Assembly (NCBI GenBank): GCA_041651235.1
Contig: JBAZJQ010000001.1
Coordinates: 558,449-622,448, forward strand
Direction of reading: 5' to 3'
Origin: Candidatus Pacearchaeota archaeon
GTDB lineage: Archaea > Nanobdellota > Nanobdellia > Pacearchaeales > GW2011-AR1
Length of the DNA stretch: 64,000 nucleotides
Part shown: piece after piece, positions 53,363 to 61,968 of the stretch
Layout of the letters: the number at the start of each line of letters is the position of its first letter
How positions within the stretch are numbered: position 1 is the first letter of the stretch
Made by a program: the position numbers and the translations under genes
The notes under the pieces: model-generated
Told to the model about the DNA's origin: nothing
What the model saw: only the letters and a program-made list of their open reading frames with translations
Databases searched by the model: none

Positions 53363-53728
53363 ATGGTGGAATATATTTGGGTTGATAAGCTTGGAGAATT
53401 ACCTTTTGTGAGAAGTAAAGCTGATAGGGTAGGTTTGGGAATTCAGAATCTTTCTCAAGATGATGTTTTGGATTTTGGGCAGCATAAAGAAGTTGTTGTT
53501 GATGCATCAAATATTTGTTTTCCAAATCAGAATTCTTTTCATTTACATACTATGAGAAGAGGTTTAGATAATAGTTCAATCGAGTTAATTATAAGGGGGC
53601 AAGTAAGTATGAATAGAGAAGGACCTTATGCAACTATTCATAAGAATGACGACGTTCTTTTAAGAACTCTTAATCATGGGAGAGGATATGATTTTTTAAA
53701 TAAAGTATTATTAGGAGCTGGACTTTAA
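53363..53728 (+). CDS. hypothetical protein (orphan) between rpoE' and spt4
   Basis: Trimmed to ATG 53363, 1 nt after the rpoE' stop; 121 aa; no motif. Confidence 0.4.
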   Translation: MVEYIWVDKLGELPFVRSKADRVGLGIQNLSQDDVLDFGQHKEVVVDASNICFPNQNSFHLHTMRRGLDNSSIELIIRGQVSMNREGPYATIHKNDDVLLRTLNHGRGYDFLNKVLLGAGL

Positions 53729-53729
53729 A

Positions 53730-53915
53730 ATGGCAAAAGAAAAAGCATGCAAGAATTGCAAGAGAATATATGAAGGAGATTTATGCCCTAATTGTGAAAG
53801 AAAAGATACATCAGATACTTTCAAAGGCAAAGTTGAAATTATAAATCCTGAAAAATCAGAATTAGCAAAAGAATTAAAAGTAAATAAAAAAGGAATTTAT
53901 GCTATTAAATTATAA
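53730..53915 (+). CDS. spt4: transcription elongation factor Spt4 / RNAP subunit E''
   Basis: Zinc ribbon CKNC...CPNC followed by F.G.v.IinPe.S..A. Confidence 0.8.
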   Translation: MAKEKACKNCKRIYEGDLCPNCERKDTSDTFKGKVEIINPEKSELAKELKVNKKGIYAIKL

Positions 53916-53916
53916 A

Positions 53917-54090
53917 ATGGAAAATTTAGAAAATACAGCCGTAATTCCAACTGAAGGATGGACTAGAACTATTTGCCCTTTAGCTTTTAAGGGATGTGAA
54001 GGAGCAAGAGATAATTTAAATTATTTTAACAGGATTTGCTCTAATAATTATTATTTATGTCAATTAGTTACTGAAAAGATAGATAAATAA
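53917..54090 (+). CDS. small Cys-rich protein
   Basis: 57 aa from ATG 53917, tightly packed between spt4 and S24e. Confidence 0.35.
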   Translation: MENLENTAVIPTEGWTRTICPLAFKGCEGARDNLNYFNRICSNNYYLCQLVTEKIDK

Positions 54091-54091
54091 A

Positions 54092-54427
54092 ATGGAAATT
54101 AAACAAAATATAAGAAATGATTTAGTGAAAAGAAATGAGATATTTGGGGTTTTGCATAGTGAAGCAAATCCAGGATTTGCTTCTATTAAAAAGTTAGTTT
54201 CTGAGCAAACTAAAAAACCAGAAGAGGCAATTGATGTTTTTAGTATAAAAGGAAGTTTTGGTTCTAAGAAATTTGATATAAAAGCGTATGCTTATGATTC
54301 TGCTGAAGATTTAAAGAAAGCAGAGCAGAAAACGCAAAAGCAATTAATAGCAGAGAAAAAAGCAGAAGAAGAAAAAAAGAAAGCAGAAGCTGAAGCTAAA
54401 AAAGCTGCTGAAACTCCTGCTGCGTAA
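54092..54427 (+). CDS. rps24e: ribosomal protein S24e with K/E/A-rich C-terminal extension
   Basis: NDLVKRNEIFGVLHSEANPGFASIKKLVSEQTKKPEEAIDVFSIKGSFGSKKFDIKAYAYDS. Confidence 0.8.
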   Translation: MEIKQNIRNDLVKRNEIFGVLHSEANPGFASIKKLVSEQTKKPEEAIDVFSIKGSFGSKKFDIKAYAYDSAEDLKKAEQKTQKQLIAEKKAEEEKKKAEAEAKKAAETPAA

Positions 54428-54446
54428 AATTAATTCTTGAATTTAT

Positions 54447-54590
54447 TTATGAATTTTTTATAATATTAATTTTTAGATGATTTGGAGATATAAGATTAAG
54501 CTTTGTTGGATATTTCTAATTGATGAAATTTTTATAATATTAAAATTGAAATGATGAGGTGATGAGGTTATTAAGATGTTTACAATTATT
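54447..54590 (+). repeat. intergenic modular repeat, locus 14: tandem duplication of a ~73-bp D+B unit
   Basis: Unit 1 TTATGAATTTTTTATAATATTAATTTTTAGATGATTTGGAGATATAAGATTAAGCTTTGTTGGAT. Unit 2 TTGATGAAATTTTTATAATATTAAAATTGAAATGATGAGGTGATGAGGTTATTAAGATGTTTACAAT. Confidence 0.7.
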
Positions 54591-54652
54591 GATTAATTAT
54601 TTTTAAAGCATATTTATGAAACATTTAAATAGAATTAATTCTTTTAATACTT

Positions 54653-54865
54653 ATGAAAAGGAAGAGTGTAAGAAAGAGATTGAGTGAGACAAGTGTAGCT
54701 AGATTAATGAATAGTGATTTAAATGATGATGTTAGAGAAATAGAAAGAGAAATCAGGCAAGGAGAAAGATGGGTTATTGAAAGAAGAAAGTTCTTTATTA
54801 AACTAGCAATTCTTACAGGTATGATTTTGATTCTTTTAGTTTTCTCTCATTTTTATTTAGCTTAA
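54653..54865 (+). CDS. small single-TM protein
   Basis: 70 aa, basic N-terminal half, one TM helix. Confidence 0.35.
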   Translation: MKRKSVRKRLSETSVARLMNSDLNDDVREIEREIRQGERWVIERRKFFIKLAILTGMILILLVFSHFYLA

Positions 54866-55103
54866 TAATCTTGGATAAGTTTAAAAATTCTAAAAATATC
54901 TTTTTTTATGGATAAACTTGAAGGAAAAGTTGAAAGAGTAAAACAGGTAACTAATTTTCATTTGGATCTGAATAATTGCATTTATGTTGGTTGTGGGATT
55001 GAAATTGCATTTGCTGGAGCTCATAACTTAGCACAAAGATTTAAAAATGCTTATTATCATCTCTTACATATACCTCATAAACATCAAAGTTATACAATTT
55101 AAA

Positions 55104-55298
55104 ATGGTAAAAAATCTAACTAAAAGAAAGAAGAAAAACAAACCTACTTCAAAGAAATATACAAAATACAAATTTGAAGGAAATAATATAATCAGAGAAA
55201 AAAGCTGTCCAAGATGCGGAGCAGGAGTTTTTTTAATGAAAACTAAAGATAGGCTTTATTGTGGAAGATGTCATTATACAGAATTCTTAAAGCAATAA
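55104..55298 (+). CDS. rps27ae: ribosomal protein S27ae
   Basis: Trimmed to ATG 55104. CPRCGAGVFLMKTKDRLYCGRCHYTEF zinc ribbon after a basic N-terminus. Confidence 0.85.
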   Translation: MVKNLTKRKKKNKPTSKKYTKYKFEGNNIIREKSCPRCGAGVFLMKTKDRLYCGRCHYTEFLKQ

Positions 55299-55332
55299 AA
55301 ATCTTTATAAAGACGGGATTTAGTGTTTTTTT

Positions 55333-56319
55333 ATGAAGTTATTAGATAGATTAAGAGATAAAGAAATTTGGGTTACTGGAAAAGGAGGAACTGGGAAAAC
55401 GACTGTTTCATCTGCATTAGCAATGCATTATGCTAATCAAAAAGAGTGGGTTCTTGCTTTTGATATTGATGGTTATCATTCAATGCCTGATGCTTTTTTA
55501 CCAGAAACAAATGATTTTCAATTTAAGATACCTGAAAATGAAGTATATACTTTATATGATAAATTTGGAGTTGATTTGGATTTGTGTTTAGTTTCTCCTT
55601 CAAAAATCATTGATTATATTAGAATGAATAGAGGAAAAAATCATGAAAATAGAACAAGAGGATTACCCCATTATTTTGGAATATTACATCTCTATGATGT
55701 TCTAGAACAATTAGGTACTTTTGTTGCTAATGAAGATTTAGCTTCTTTATGCTTGATTTGTGCAGAAAGAAATATGAGATTGAATTCCCCTGAAGTAAGA
55801 GATGGAAGAAAAGCTAGATTTATTTATGATAATCAGTCAAGTAACGCAACTATTAATTTATTGAACAGAGCTTCAGGTTGTGTTGAAAGATTAAAAGTTA
55901 TGCAAAATAATAAAAGAAAGTGGAATATTGGAGCAAAAGCAGCTGGCTGGCCAGATATGGCTTCTTTTGTTAATGATGGTTATATTAAAAATTTGCAACA
56001 ATATATAGACTCATTTGTTAGTTTAAATGAAGTAATTAAAGATCCTTTAAGAACCTCTTATGTAATCGTTACTGGAACAGAAAAAAGAGAAATGGTTGAA
56101 ACAATGAGATTATTAGATGAATTAAAAGAAAAAAAATTTCCAGTTGGAGCTATTTTGTTAAATAGATTTCATAATTCTCATAGAGCAAGATTAGAGGGGT
56201 TTGAAAAAGATATGAAGGGAACTCCAGTTTATACAATTCCTAGATTACCTAGTTTAGAATCTTCAGAAAATGATAAAAGAAGATTATTGCATTTTGTTGA
56301 TTCTATAGAAGAATATTAG
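55333..56319 (+). CDS. ArsA/Get3-like (SIMIBI) P-loop ATPase, divergent
   Basis: Deviant Walker A VTGKGGTGKTTVSSALA; FDIDGYHS in place of the StDPAHS motif. Confidence 0.55.
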   Translation: MKLLDRLRDKEIWVTGKGGTGKTTVSSALAMHYANQKEWVLAFDIDGYHSMPDAFLPETNDFQFKIPENEVYTLYDKFGVDLDLCLVSPSKIIDYIRMNRGKNHENRTRGLPHYFGILHLYDVLEQLGTFVANEDLASLCLICAERNMRLNSPEVRDGRKARFIYDNQSSNATINLLNRASGCVERLKVMQNNKRKWNIGAKAAGWPDMASFVNDGYIKNLQQYIDSFVSLNEVIKDPLRTSYVIVTGTEKREMVETMRLLDELKEKKFPVGAILLNRFHNSHRARLEGFEKDMKGTPVYTIPRLPSLESSENDKRRLLHFVDSIEEY

Positions 56320-56637
56320 AATGAATATGAAAAAGTGGAACAGAACTTAAAAAAGTAATGTTATAATCCACTAAAAATCTCTTTTTATTAATTTTTAAGT
56401 ATGAATGTGAAAGGTGAATATCAAACCCCGGAAAAGCCAGTTTCAAGCCAAAAAGGCAAGTCTTTGCTCTTCTGGGGAAAAAGAGGTGATAATAATTATA
56501 GAGGTTTTAAGTATTTAAATCTTTCGGTATGTTGTAACTGACTAATGACATCAGTTGTTCTACACTTTCTTTTTATTTAAATTTAGATAGGAAAAGCATT
56601 TATAAGTTTAGTTATAATTTAATATAGAGAATTAAAA

Positions 56638-57789
56638 ATGGGTTTTGAAGAATTTTTGCCTGAAAGTAATGAAAATGAAGAGGTAGATGATTCATTATCT
56701 GAAGATAATGAAAGAACACGAAAATTGGATAAAATAGGGCAGAACCAGGTTTATGACCTTGTTACTGGAAAGCAACCAGATTGGCAGTCTATTATTTATG
56801 ATTTAATTCATACAGAACAGCTAGATCCTTGGGATGTGGATATTGTTGTTTTGACTAATAAATATTTTGAGAAATTATATGAATTAGAGGAACAAGTTGA
56901 GGGGGAAACTGATTTCTATATCTCAAGCAAAGTTCTTTTAGCTGCTGCTTTGCTTTTAAGAATCAAATCTGAATTTTTACTTAATAAACACATAAAAAGC
57001 ATAGATGAGATTTTATTTGGTAAAAAAGAAACTAAAGCAGTTATTATTGAAAGAATTAATATTGATGAAGATGAACTACCTCTTTTAATTCCTAAAACCC
57101 CCTTACCTAGACAGAGAAAAGTTACTTTAGCTGAATTAATGGAGGCATTAGATAATGCAATTAATACGGAATCTAGAAGAATTAAGAGAGAGGTTGCTGT
57201 TAAAAGAGCTCATAAGCTTTCTCATGTAGATATACCTCAATTTAGGAAAATTGATTTAAAAGATAGAATTAAGCAGTTTTATGCTAGGGTTTTAACCAGT
57301 ATTAAAAAAAAGGCACAAAAACCAGAAAAACATTTGAATAAAGTTAATTATCATAGTTTAATTGGAACTGAAAAAGAAGAAAAATTAGCTTGTTTTCTTC
57401 CTTTGTTGCATTTGAGTAATACCAGGAAATTATGGTTAGAGCAAGAAAAACATTTAGATGATATTTGGATTTATTTGTATGAATATTTTGATAAAAATAA
57501 AGATTCATTTTTTGAAGAACTGGAGAAAGATTTAGTAGGTTCATCTGATAATGAAATAACACAAGAATTAGTTGCAGATTTAGCTTACAAAGCTGCTGAA
57601 GAAGCTGAAGCAGAATCAGAAGCTAGTCCTCTTGATAAAGCAAGAGCAAAAAGAGAAGAGAAAAAGAAAATGGAAGAAGAAATTAAAAGAGAGTTAGAAG
57701 CAGAGTTGGGAATAAAAAGTGAAATAGAAAGAATTAATAAAGAAGAAAAAATTGATGAAATTAGTGGATTTGATGAAGATGAAAATTAA
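56638..57789 (+). CDS. scpA: segregation and condensation protein A (ScpA/kleisin-like) with long acidic tail
   Basis: WQSIIYDLIHTEQLDPWDVDIVVLTNKYFEKL N-terminal pattern; winged-helix-like C-terminal region. Confidence 0.55.
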   Translation: MGFEEFLPESNENEEVDDSLSEDNERTRKLDKIGQNQVYDLVTGKQPDWQSIIYDLIHTEQLDPWDVDIVVLTNKYFEKLYELEEQVEGETDFYISSKVLLAAALLLRIKSEFLLNKHIKSIDEILFGKKETKAVIIERINIDEDELPLLIPKTPLPRQRKVTLAELMEALDNAINTESRRIKREVAVKRAHKLSHVDIPQFRKIDLKDRIKQFYARVLTSIKKKAQKPEKHLNKVNYHSLIGTEKEEKLACFLPLLHLSNTRKLWLEQEKHLDDIWIYLYEYFDKNKDSFFEELEKDLVGSSDNEITQELVADLAYKAAEEAEAESEASPLDKARAKREEKKKMEEEIKRELEAELGIKSEIERINKEEKIDEISGFDEDEN

Positions 57790-58987
57790 ACAAGAATCAA
57801 TAAGAGCATATACATTGAAAAATGCAGTTGAACATGAAGGCAAAGCTGTTAGTGGAAGTGTTATTCCTGGATTATTTAACTGCGGATTACAAAAAGAACA
57901 AATAAAAGAAATAATGCCTTTAGTTGAAGATGTTGTTAAACAAGTTAATAAATTAAGTTTAGATTCACAGAAAAAAGAATTTGATAAATTAAAACATTTA
58001 ATTGGACATCGCCCTGAAAGAGAGGGATTACCTGAATTAGAAAATGCAAAAAAAGGAAAAGTTATAACAAGGATGGCTCCTTCGCCATCTGGACCTTTTC
58101 ATATAGGACATATTCTTACAATAGGGCCTAATTTTCTTTATGCAAGAAAATATAATGGAAAATTTTATCTGAGAATAGAAGATACAAATCCTGAAAATAT
58201 TTATCCTAAAGCATATAAAATGCTTGAAAATGAAATAAAATGGCTTTGCAATAACCAGGTCGAGATAGTTATTCAATCTAATAGAATGAGTCTTTATTAT
58301 AAATATTTAGAAAAATTATTTGATAAAAATGCAGTTTATGTCTGCACTTGTTCTGTTGAAGATTTTAAAAAATATTCTGATAAGAAAAAAGATTGCCCTT
58401 GCAGAAGTTTAACTGAAAGAGAGCAGTTTTTAAGATGGAAAAAAATGCTTGATAAAAATGGATATGGACAAGGGGAAGCTGTTGTTAGATTTAAATCTGG
58501 AATGCAGTTGAGTAATCCTGCTATGAGAGATTTTCCATTAGCAAGGATAAATTTAACTAAACATCCTTTGCAGGGAAATAAATACAGAGTCTGGCCTTTA
58601 ATGAATTTGTCAGTTAGTGTTGATGATATTGAAACAAAGGTAACGCATATTATTAGAGGAAAAGATCATATGGATAATGCAGAAAGGCAGAAAATGATTT
58701 TTAAGGCCTTAGGAAAAAAATATCCCTGGACTGCATTTATTGGAAGATTGAATTTCAAAGATTTAGAATTATCAACAACTCAAATGAGAAAAGATATTGA
58801 AGCTGGAAAGTATTCTGGATGGGATGATTTGAGATTACCTACTGCTGCTTCTTTGAAAAAGCAAGGATATAAACCTGAAGCGTTTTGGAAATTTGTTGAG
58901 CAAAGAGGAATAAGCGAAGTGGATAAAGTAATCAGTAAAGAAGATTTTTACAAAGTCCTTGATGATTTCAACAAAGAAGTGAAATAA
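57779..58987 (+). CDS. gltX: glutamyl-tRNA synthetase catalytic core, lacking the C-terminal anticodon-binding domain
   Basis: Archaeal-type N-terminus IRAYTLKNAVEHEGKAVSGSVIPGLF; HIGH = PSGPFHIGH; RIEDTNPE; LSTTQMRK (KMSKS equivalent); SGWDDLRLPT. The ORF ends about 50 aa after that, where full-length archaeal GluRS continues for about 150-200 aa. Confidence 0.8.
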   Translation: MKIKQESIRAYTLKNAVEHEGKAVSGSVIPGLFNCGLQKEQIKEIMPLVEDVVKQVNKLSLDSQKKEFDKLKHLIGHRPEREGLPELENAKKGKVITRMAPSPSGPFHIGHILTIGPNFLYARKYNGKFYLRIEDTNPENIYPKAYKMLENEIKWLCNNQVEIVIQSNRMSLYYKYLEKLFDKNAVYVCTCSVEDFKKYSDKKKDCPCRSLTEREQFLRWKKMLDKNGYGQGEAVVRFKSGMQLSNPAMRDFPLARINLTKHPLQGNKYRVWPLMNLSVSVDDIETKVTHIIRGKDHMDNAERQKMIFKALGKKYPWTAFIGRLNFKDLELSTTQMRKDIEAGKYSGWDDLRLPTAASLKKQGYKPEAFWKFVEQRGISEVDKVISKEDFYKVLDDFNKEVK

Positions 58988-58988
58988 A

Positions 58989-59113
58989 CTTATAATTTAT
59001 TGATGAATTTTTTAGTAATATAAAATTTTAAACAATGAGGTATCTGTTGATTAAGTTATTCTTATAAACATTTTAATCTTATCATCTTTTTTATTTGTCT
59101 TAATAGATTATAA
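58989..59113 (+). repeat. intergenic modular repeat, locus 15 (A/D + B, then inverted B + A)
   Basis: CTTATAATTTATTGATGAATTTTTTAGTAATATAAAATTTTAAAC / AATGAGGTATCTGTTGATTAAGTTATTCTTAT, then AAACATTTTAATCTTATCATC and TTATTTGTCTTAATAGATTATAA (reverse complements of B and A). Begins 2 nt after the GluRS stop. Confidence 0.7.
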
Positions 59114-59215
59114 AAATGGAGGAATATCTCAAATAATAATATTTATAAAGTGAAAAATCCTCGATATATTGATTAGATTTGTCTAATTAAAAAATATATG
59201 AAAGGAGGTATGAAA

Positions 59216-59680
59216 ATGAAGAATAAAAGAGCACAATCAGAAATCATAACTACTGTTTTAATCATATTATTAGTTCTTGCTGCAATTGTTATTGTATGGC
59301 AGGTAATTAATAGTACTGTTACTGAAGGCGGTAATCAAGTTACAAGTGGCGCGAGTTGTGTTGGAATTGGAATGGAAGTAGCTAAAGGAACTGTAGCCAA
59401 CACATATATAATCAAGAGAACTTCTGCAGGAGAAGTTTTTGAAGGAACTGTAACAGAAACTGTTCTTATTAATGGACAAACTGCAACTAAGGGTGCAACT
59501 ACTGGATGGGGATATACTATAAATCCGACAACTGCTAATTTGTTTAAAGATCCTTTAACAAGTGCAACAATAACTGTAACTGAAGATAATGCAGCACCAA
59601 CAACTGCAATTACAAAGGTTGAAGCAGCATTAAAAGTTGATGGAGATGTTTGTGGTTCAACAGGAACTTTAACAATTTAA
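59216..59680 (+). CDS. archaeal type IV pilin-like protein (class III signal peptide)
   Basis: MKNKRAQSEIITTVLIILLVLAAIVIVW: basic leader, A/Q cleavage context, hydrophobic helix. SD AAAGGAGGT. Confidence 0.6.
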   Translation: MKNKRAQSEIITTVLIILLVLAAIVIVWQVINSTVTEGGNQVTSGASCVGIGMEVAKGTVANTYIIKRTSAGEVFEGTVTETVLINGQTATKGATTGWGYTINPTTANLFKDPLTSATITVTEDNAAPTTAITKVEAALKVDGDVCGSTGTLTI

Positions 59681-59746
59681 TTTTTTATTTTTTTATTTTT
59701 TTAATATATTTTATTTTTTAACTTTAATTGGAATTTTTATATTTTG

Positions 59747-59872
59747 GTAATTTATTAAAACAATCGATTTGCAGATAATTAGATTAAGATGTGTTTGAGA
59801 TTATTTTTTAATTGATATTTTTGATGAACAGATATCTTGTTGTTTGTCTTAATAAGATATCGGCATATTGAT
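59747..59872 (+). repeat. intergenic modular repeat, locus 16 (A+B+C)
   Basis: GGTAATTTATTAAAACAA / ATTTGCAGATAATTAGATTAAGATGTGTTTGAGAT / GAACAGATATCTTGTTGTTTGTCTTAATAAGATATCGGCATATTGAT. Confidence 0.75.
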
Positions 59873-59914
59873 AATTAGGATTAGACTTATAAATGGAAAT
59901 TATTGTGTATTTAT

Positions 59915-61291
59915 ATGAAACCTCCACTTTTAGATGAAGTTAGAAAACCTAGCAAAACTCTTGCTGGAGTTACTCCAATTGCAGTAATGTGCAAGCCTAA
60001 AAAATGCAGGCATGGAACTTGTGTTTATTGTCCTAGCTTGAATGTCCCTCAGAGTTATACCCCTAAGAGTCCTCCTGTACTTAGAGCAGAAAGGCTCGCG
60101 TATGATTCTTATGAGCAGGTTATTTCTAGATTAAATGCATTTGAAGCAATGCACCATCCTACTGATAAAATTGAAATAATTATTATGGGGGGTAATTTTT
60201 TAGAATATCCTGGTTTGTACCAAAATAATTTTATCTTAGGAATTTATAATGCTCTTAATAGAAGTAAGAGCAGGAGTTTAGAAGAAGCTAAGAAGAAAAA
60301 TGAAAAATCTTTGCATAGATGTGTTGCATTGTGTATTGAAACAAGACCAGATAGCTGCTCTTTAGTTAATATTAAAAAAATGCTTTCTTGGGGAACAACA
60401 AGGGTTGAAATTGGTGTTCAATGCTTGGATGATGAAATTTATAAAAAAGTTAATAGGGGGCATAAAGTTAAGGATGTTGTGATAGCAAGCAAAATCTTGC
60501 GAGATTATGGGTTTAAAGTTGGATATCACATGATGTTAGGTCTTCCGGGTTCAGATTCAAAAAAAGATTTGAAAATGTTTAAAGAGCTTTTTGAGGATAG
60601 TAGATTTAAGCCAGACCAATTGAAGATTTATCCTTGCCAGGTTTTACAAGGATCAAGACTTGCTGATTGGCATAAAAAAGGAAAATACAAGCCTTATACA
60701 AAAGAGCAAACAGAAAAATTATTAATTAAAATAATGAAAATTATCCCTAATTATTGCAGAGTTATGAGAATTATGAGAGAGATTCATCCTGATTTTTTAA
60801 TTGAAGGAACCACAAGAATTGATTTAAGAAAAGATGTTGAAGAAAAATTAAAAAAAGAAAATGCAGATATTTCTGAGATAAGATTTAGAGAAGTTGGGTT
60901 TAATTTAAGAGATTTAGAAAAGGGAGAAAAAATAACAAGAAGATTGAATCTTAAGATTACAAAATATAAAGCAAGTAATGGAGAGGAATATTTTTTAGAG
61001 TTTATTAATAAAGAGAATATCTTGTTTGGATTATTAAGATTAAGAGTTTTTGATAATAAGGCTATTGTTCGAGAATTACATGTTTATGGACAAGCATTAG
61101 GTATTGGTGAAAAAGGAAATTTATTTGGACAGCATTTAGGTTTAGGAAAGAAATTGCTTAGCAAAGCAGAAGAAATTGCTAAAAAAGAAAATGCTAACCA
61201 ATTGCAGATTATTTCTGGAGTTGGAGTTAGAGAGTATTATAAGAAGTTAGGGTATAAGTTGAAAGAGGAATATATGGAGAAGAAGCTATGA
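59915..61291 (+). CDS. elp3: Elp3-type radical SAM + GNAT tRNA uridine(34) modification enzyme
   Basis: KPSKTLAGVTPIAVMCKPKKCRHGTCVYCP cluster, IIIMGGNF, C-terminal GNAT VRELHVYGQALGIG...QHLGLGKKLL. Confidence 0.9.
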   Translation: MKPPLLDEVRKPSKTLAGVTPIAVMCKPKKCRHGTCVYCPSLNVPQSYTPKSPPVLRAERLAYDSYEQVISRLNAFEAMHHPTDKIEIIIMGGNFLEYPGLYQNNFILGIYNALNRSKSRSLEEAKKKNEKSLHRCVALCIETRPDSCSLVNIKKMLSWGTTRVEIGVQCLDDEIYKKVNRGHKVKDVVIASKILRDYGFKVGYHMMLGLPGSDSKKDLKMFKELFEDSRFKPDQLKIYPCQVLQGSRLADWHKKGKYKPYTKEQTEKLLIKIMKIIPNYCRVMRIMREIHPDFLIEGTTRIDLRKDVEEKLKKENADISEIRFREVGFNLRDLEKGEKITRRLNLKITKYKASNGEEYFLEFINKENILFGLLRLRVFDNKAIVRELHVYGQALGIGEKGNLFGQHLGLGKKLLSKAEEIAKKENANQLQIISGVGVREYYKKLGYKLKEEYMEKKL

Positions 61292-61968
61292 CAATCCCAA
61301 TTAAGATAATTGATAAAGATAAGTTTGAAGAAAAACCTAATCAGGAAAAGGTTTGGGATGAAATTGCAAGAACCTGGGAAATCTATGTTGTTAAAGAAGT
61401 TCCAATTGTTAAAGAATTTTTAGAAAATAAAAAAGGGCTTGTTCTTGATTTGGGTTGTGGTAATGGGAGAAATATGATTGCTAATAAAAATATTCAATAT
61501 TATGGGGTTGATTTTTCTGAAGAACAATTGAAAAGAGCAAAAGAAGTTATTAAGAAAAGAAAAATCAAAGCTAAATTGTTTAAATCTTCTGCTGATAAAT
61601 TAGATAAAGAGATTTTTAAAAATGAAATATTTGATTATGGGTTGTTTATGGCTACTTTACATTGCCTGGAAAGTGAAGAAAAAAGAAAAAAAGCTATTTC
61701 TGAATTTTATAGAGTTTTAAAGCCAGGAGCTGAAGCTTTGATTTCAGTTTGGCTAAAAGATGATTTTAGATTTAAAGGGCATAAAAAAGATATTTATATG
61801 AGCTGGAGACAAGAAGGAATTCCTATAATGAGATACTATCATTTGTATTCTAAACAAGAATTAATTAAATTATTAAAGGGTGTTGGATTTGAGATTTTGG
61901 AGATATATTCTCCTAGAGAACATGACAGATTTTCAAAGAAAAATCTTGTTTTAAGAGTGAGAAAATGA
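61288..61968 (+). CDS. class I SAM-dependent methyltransferase (Methyltransf_11 type; Trm9-like is a hypothesis)
   Basis: VLDLGCGNGRN motif I, YGVDFSEEQL, RVLKPGAEALISVW; ATGA overlap with elp3. Confidence 0.7.
   Translation: MTIPIKIIDKDKFEEKPNQEKVWDEIARTWEIYVVKEVPIVKEFLENKKGLVLDLGCGNGRNMIANKNIQYYGVDFSEEQLKRAKEVIKKRKIKAKLFKSSADKLDKEIFKNEIFDYGLFMATLHCLESEEKRKKAISEFYRVLKPGAEALISVWLKDDFRFKGHKKDIYMSWRQEGIPIMRYYHLYSKQELIKLLKGVGFEILEIYSPREHDRFSKKNLVLRVRK

Noticed and set aside
54908-55102. 64-aa ORF upstream of S27ae
   Set aside because: It occupies the promoter and 5' region of rps27ae and has no motif. It is likely spurious.
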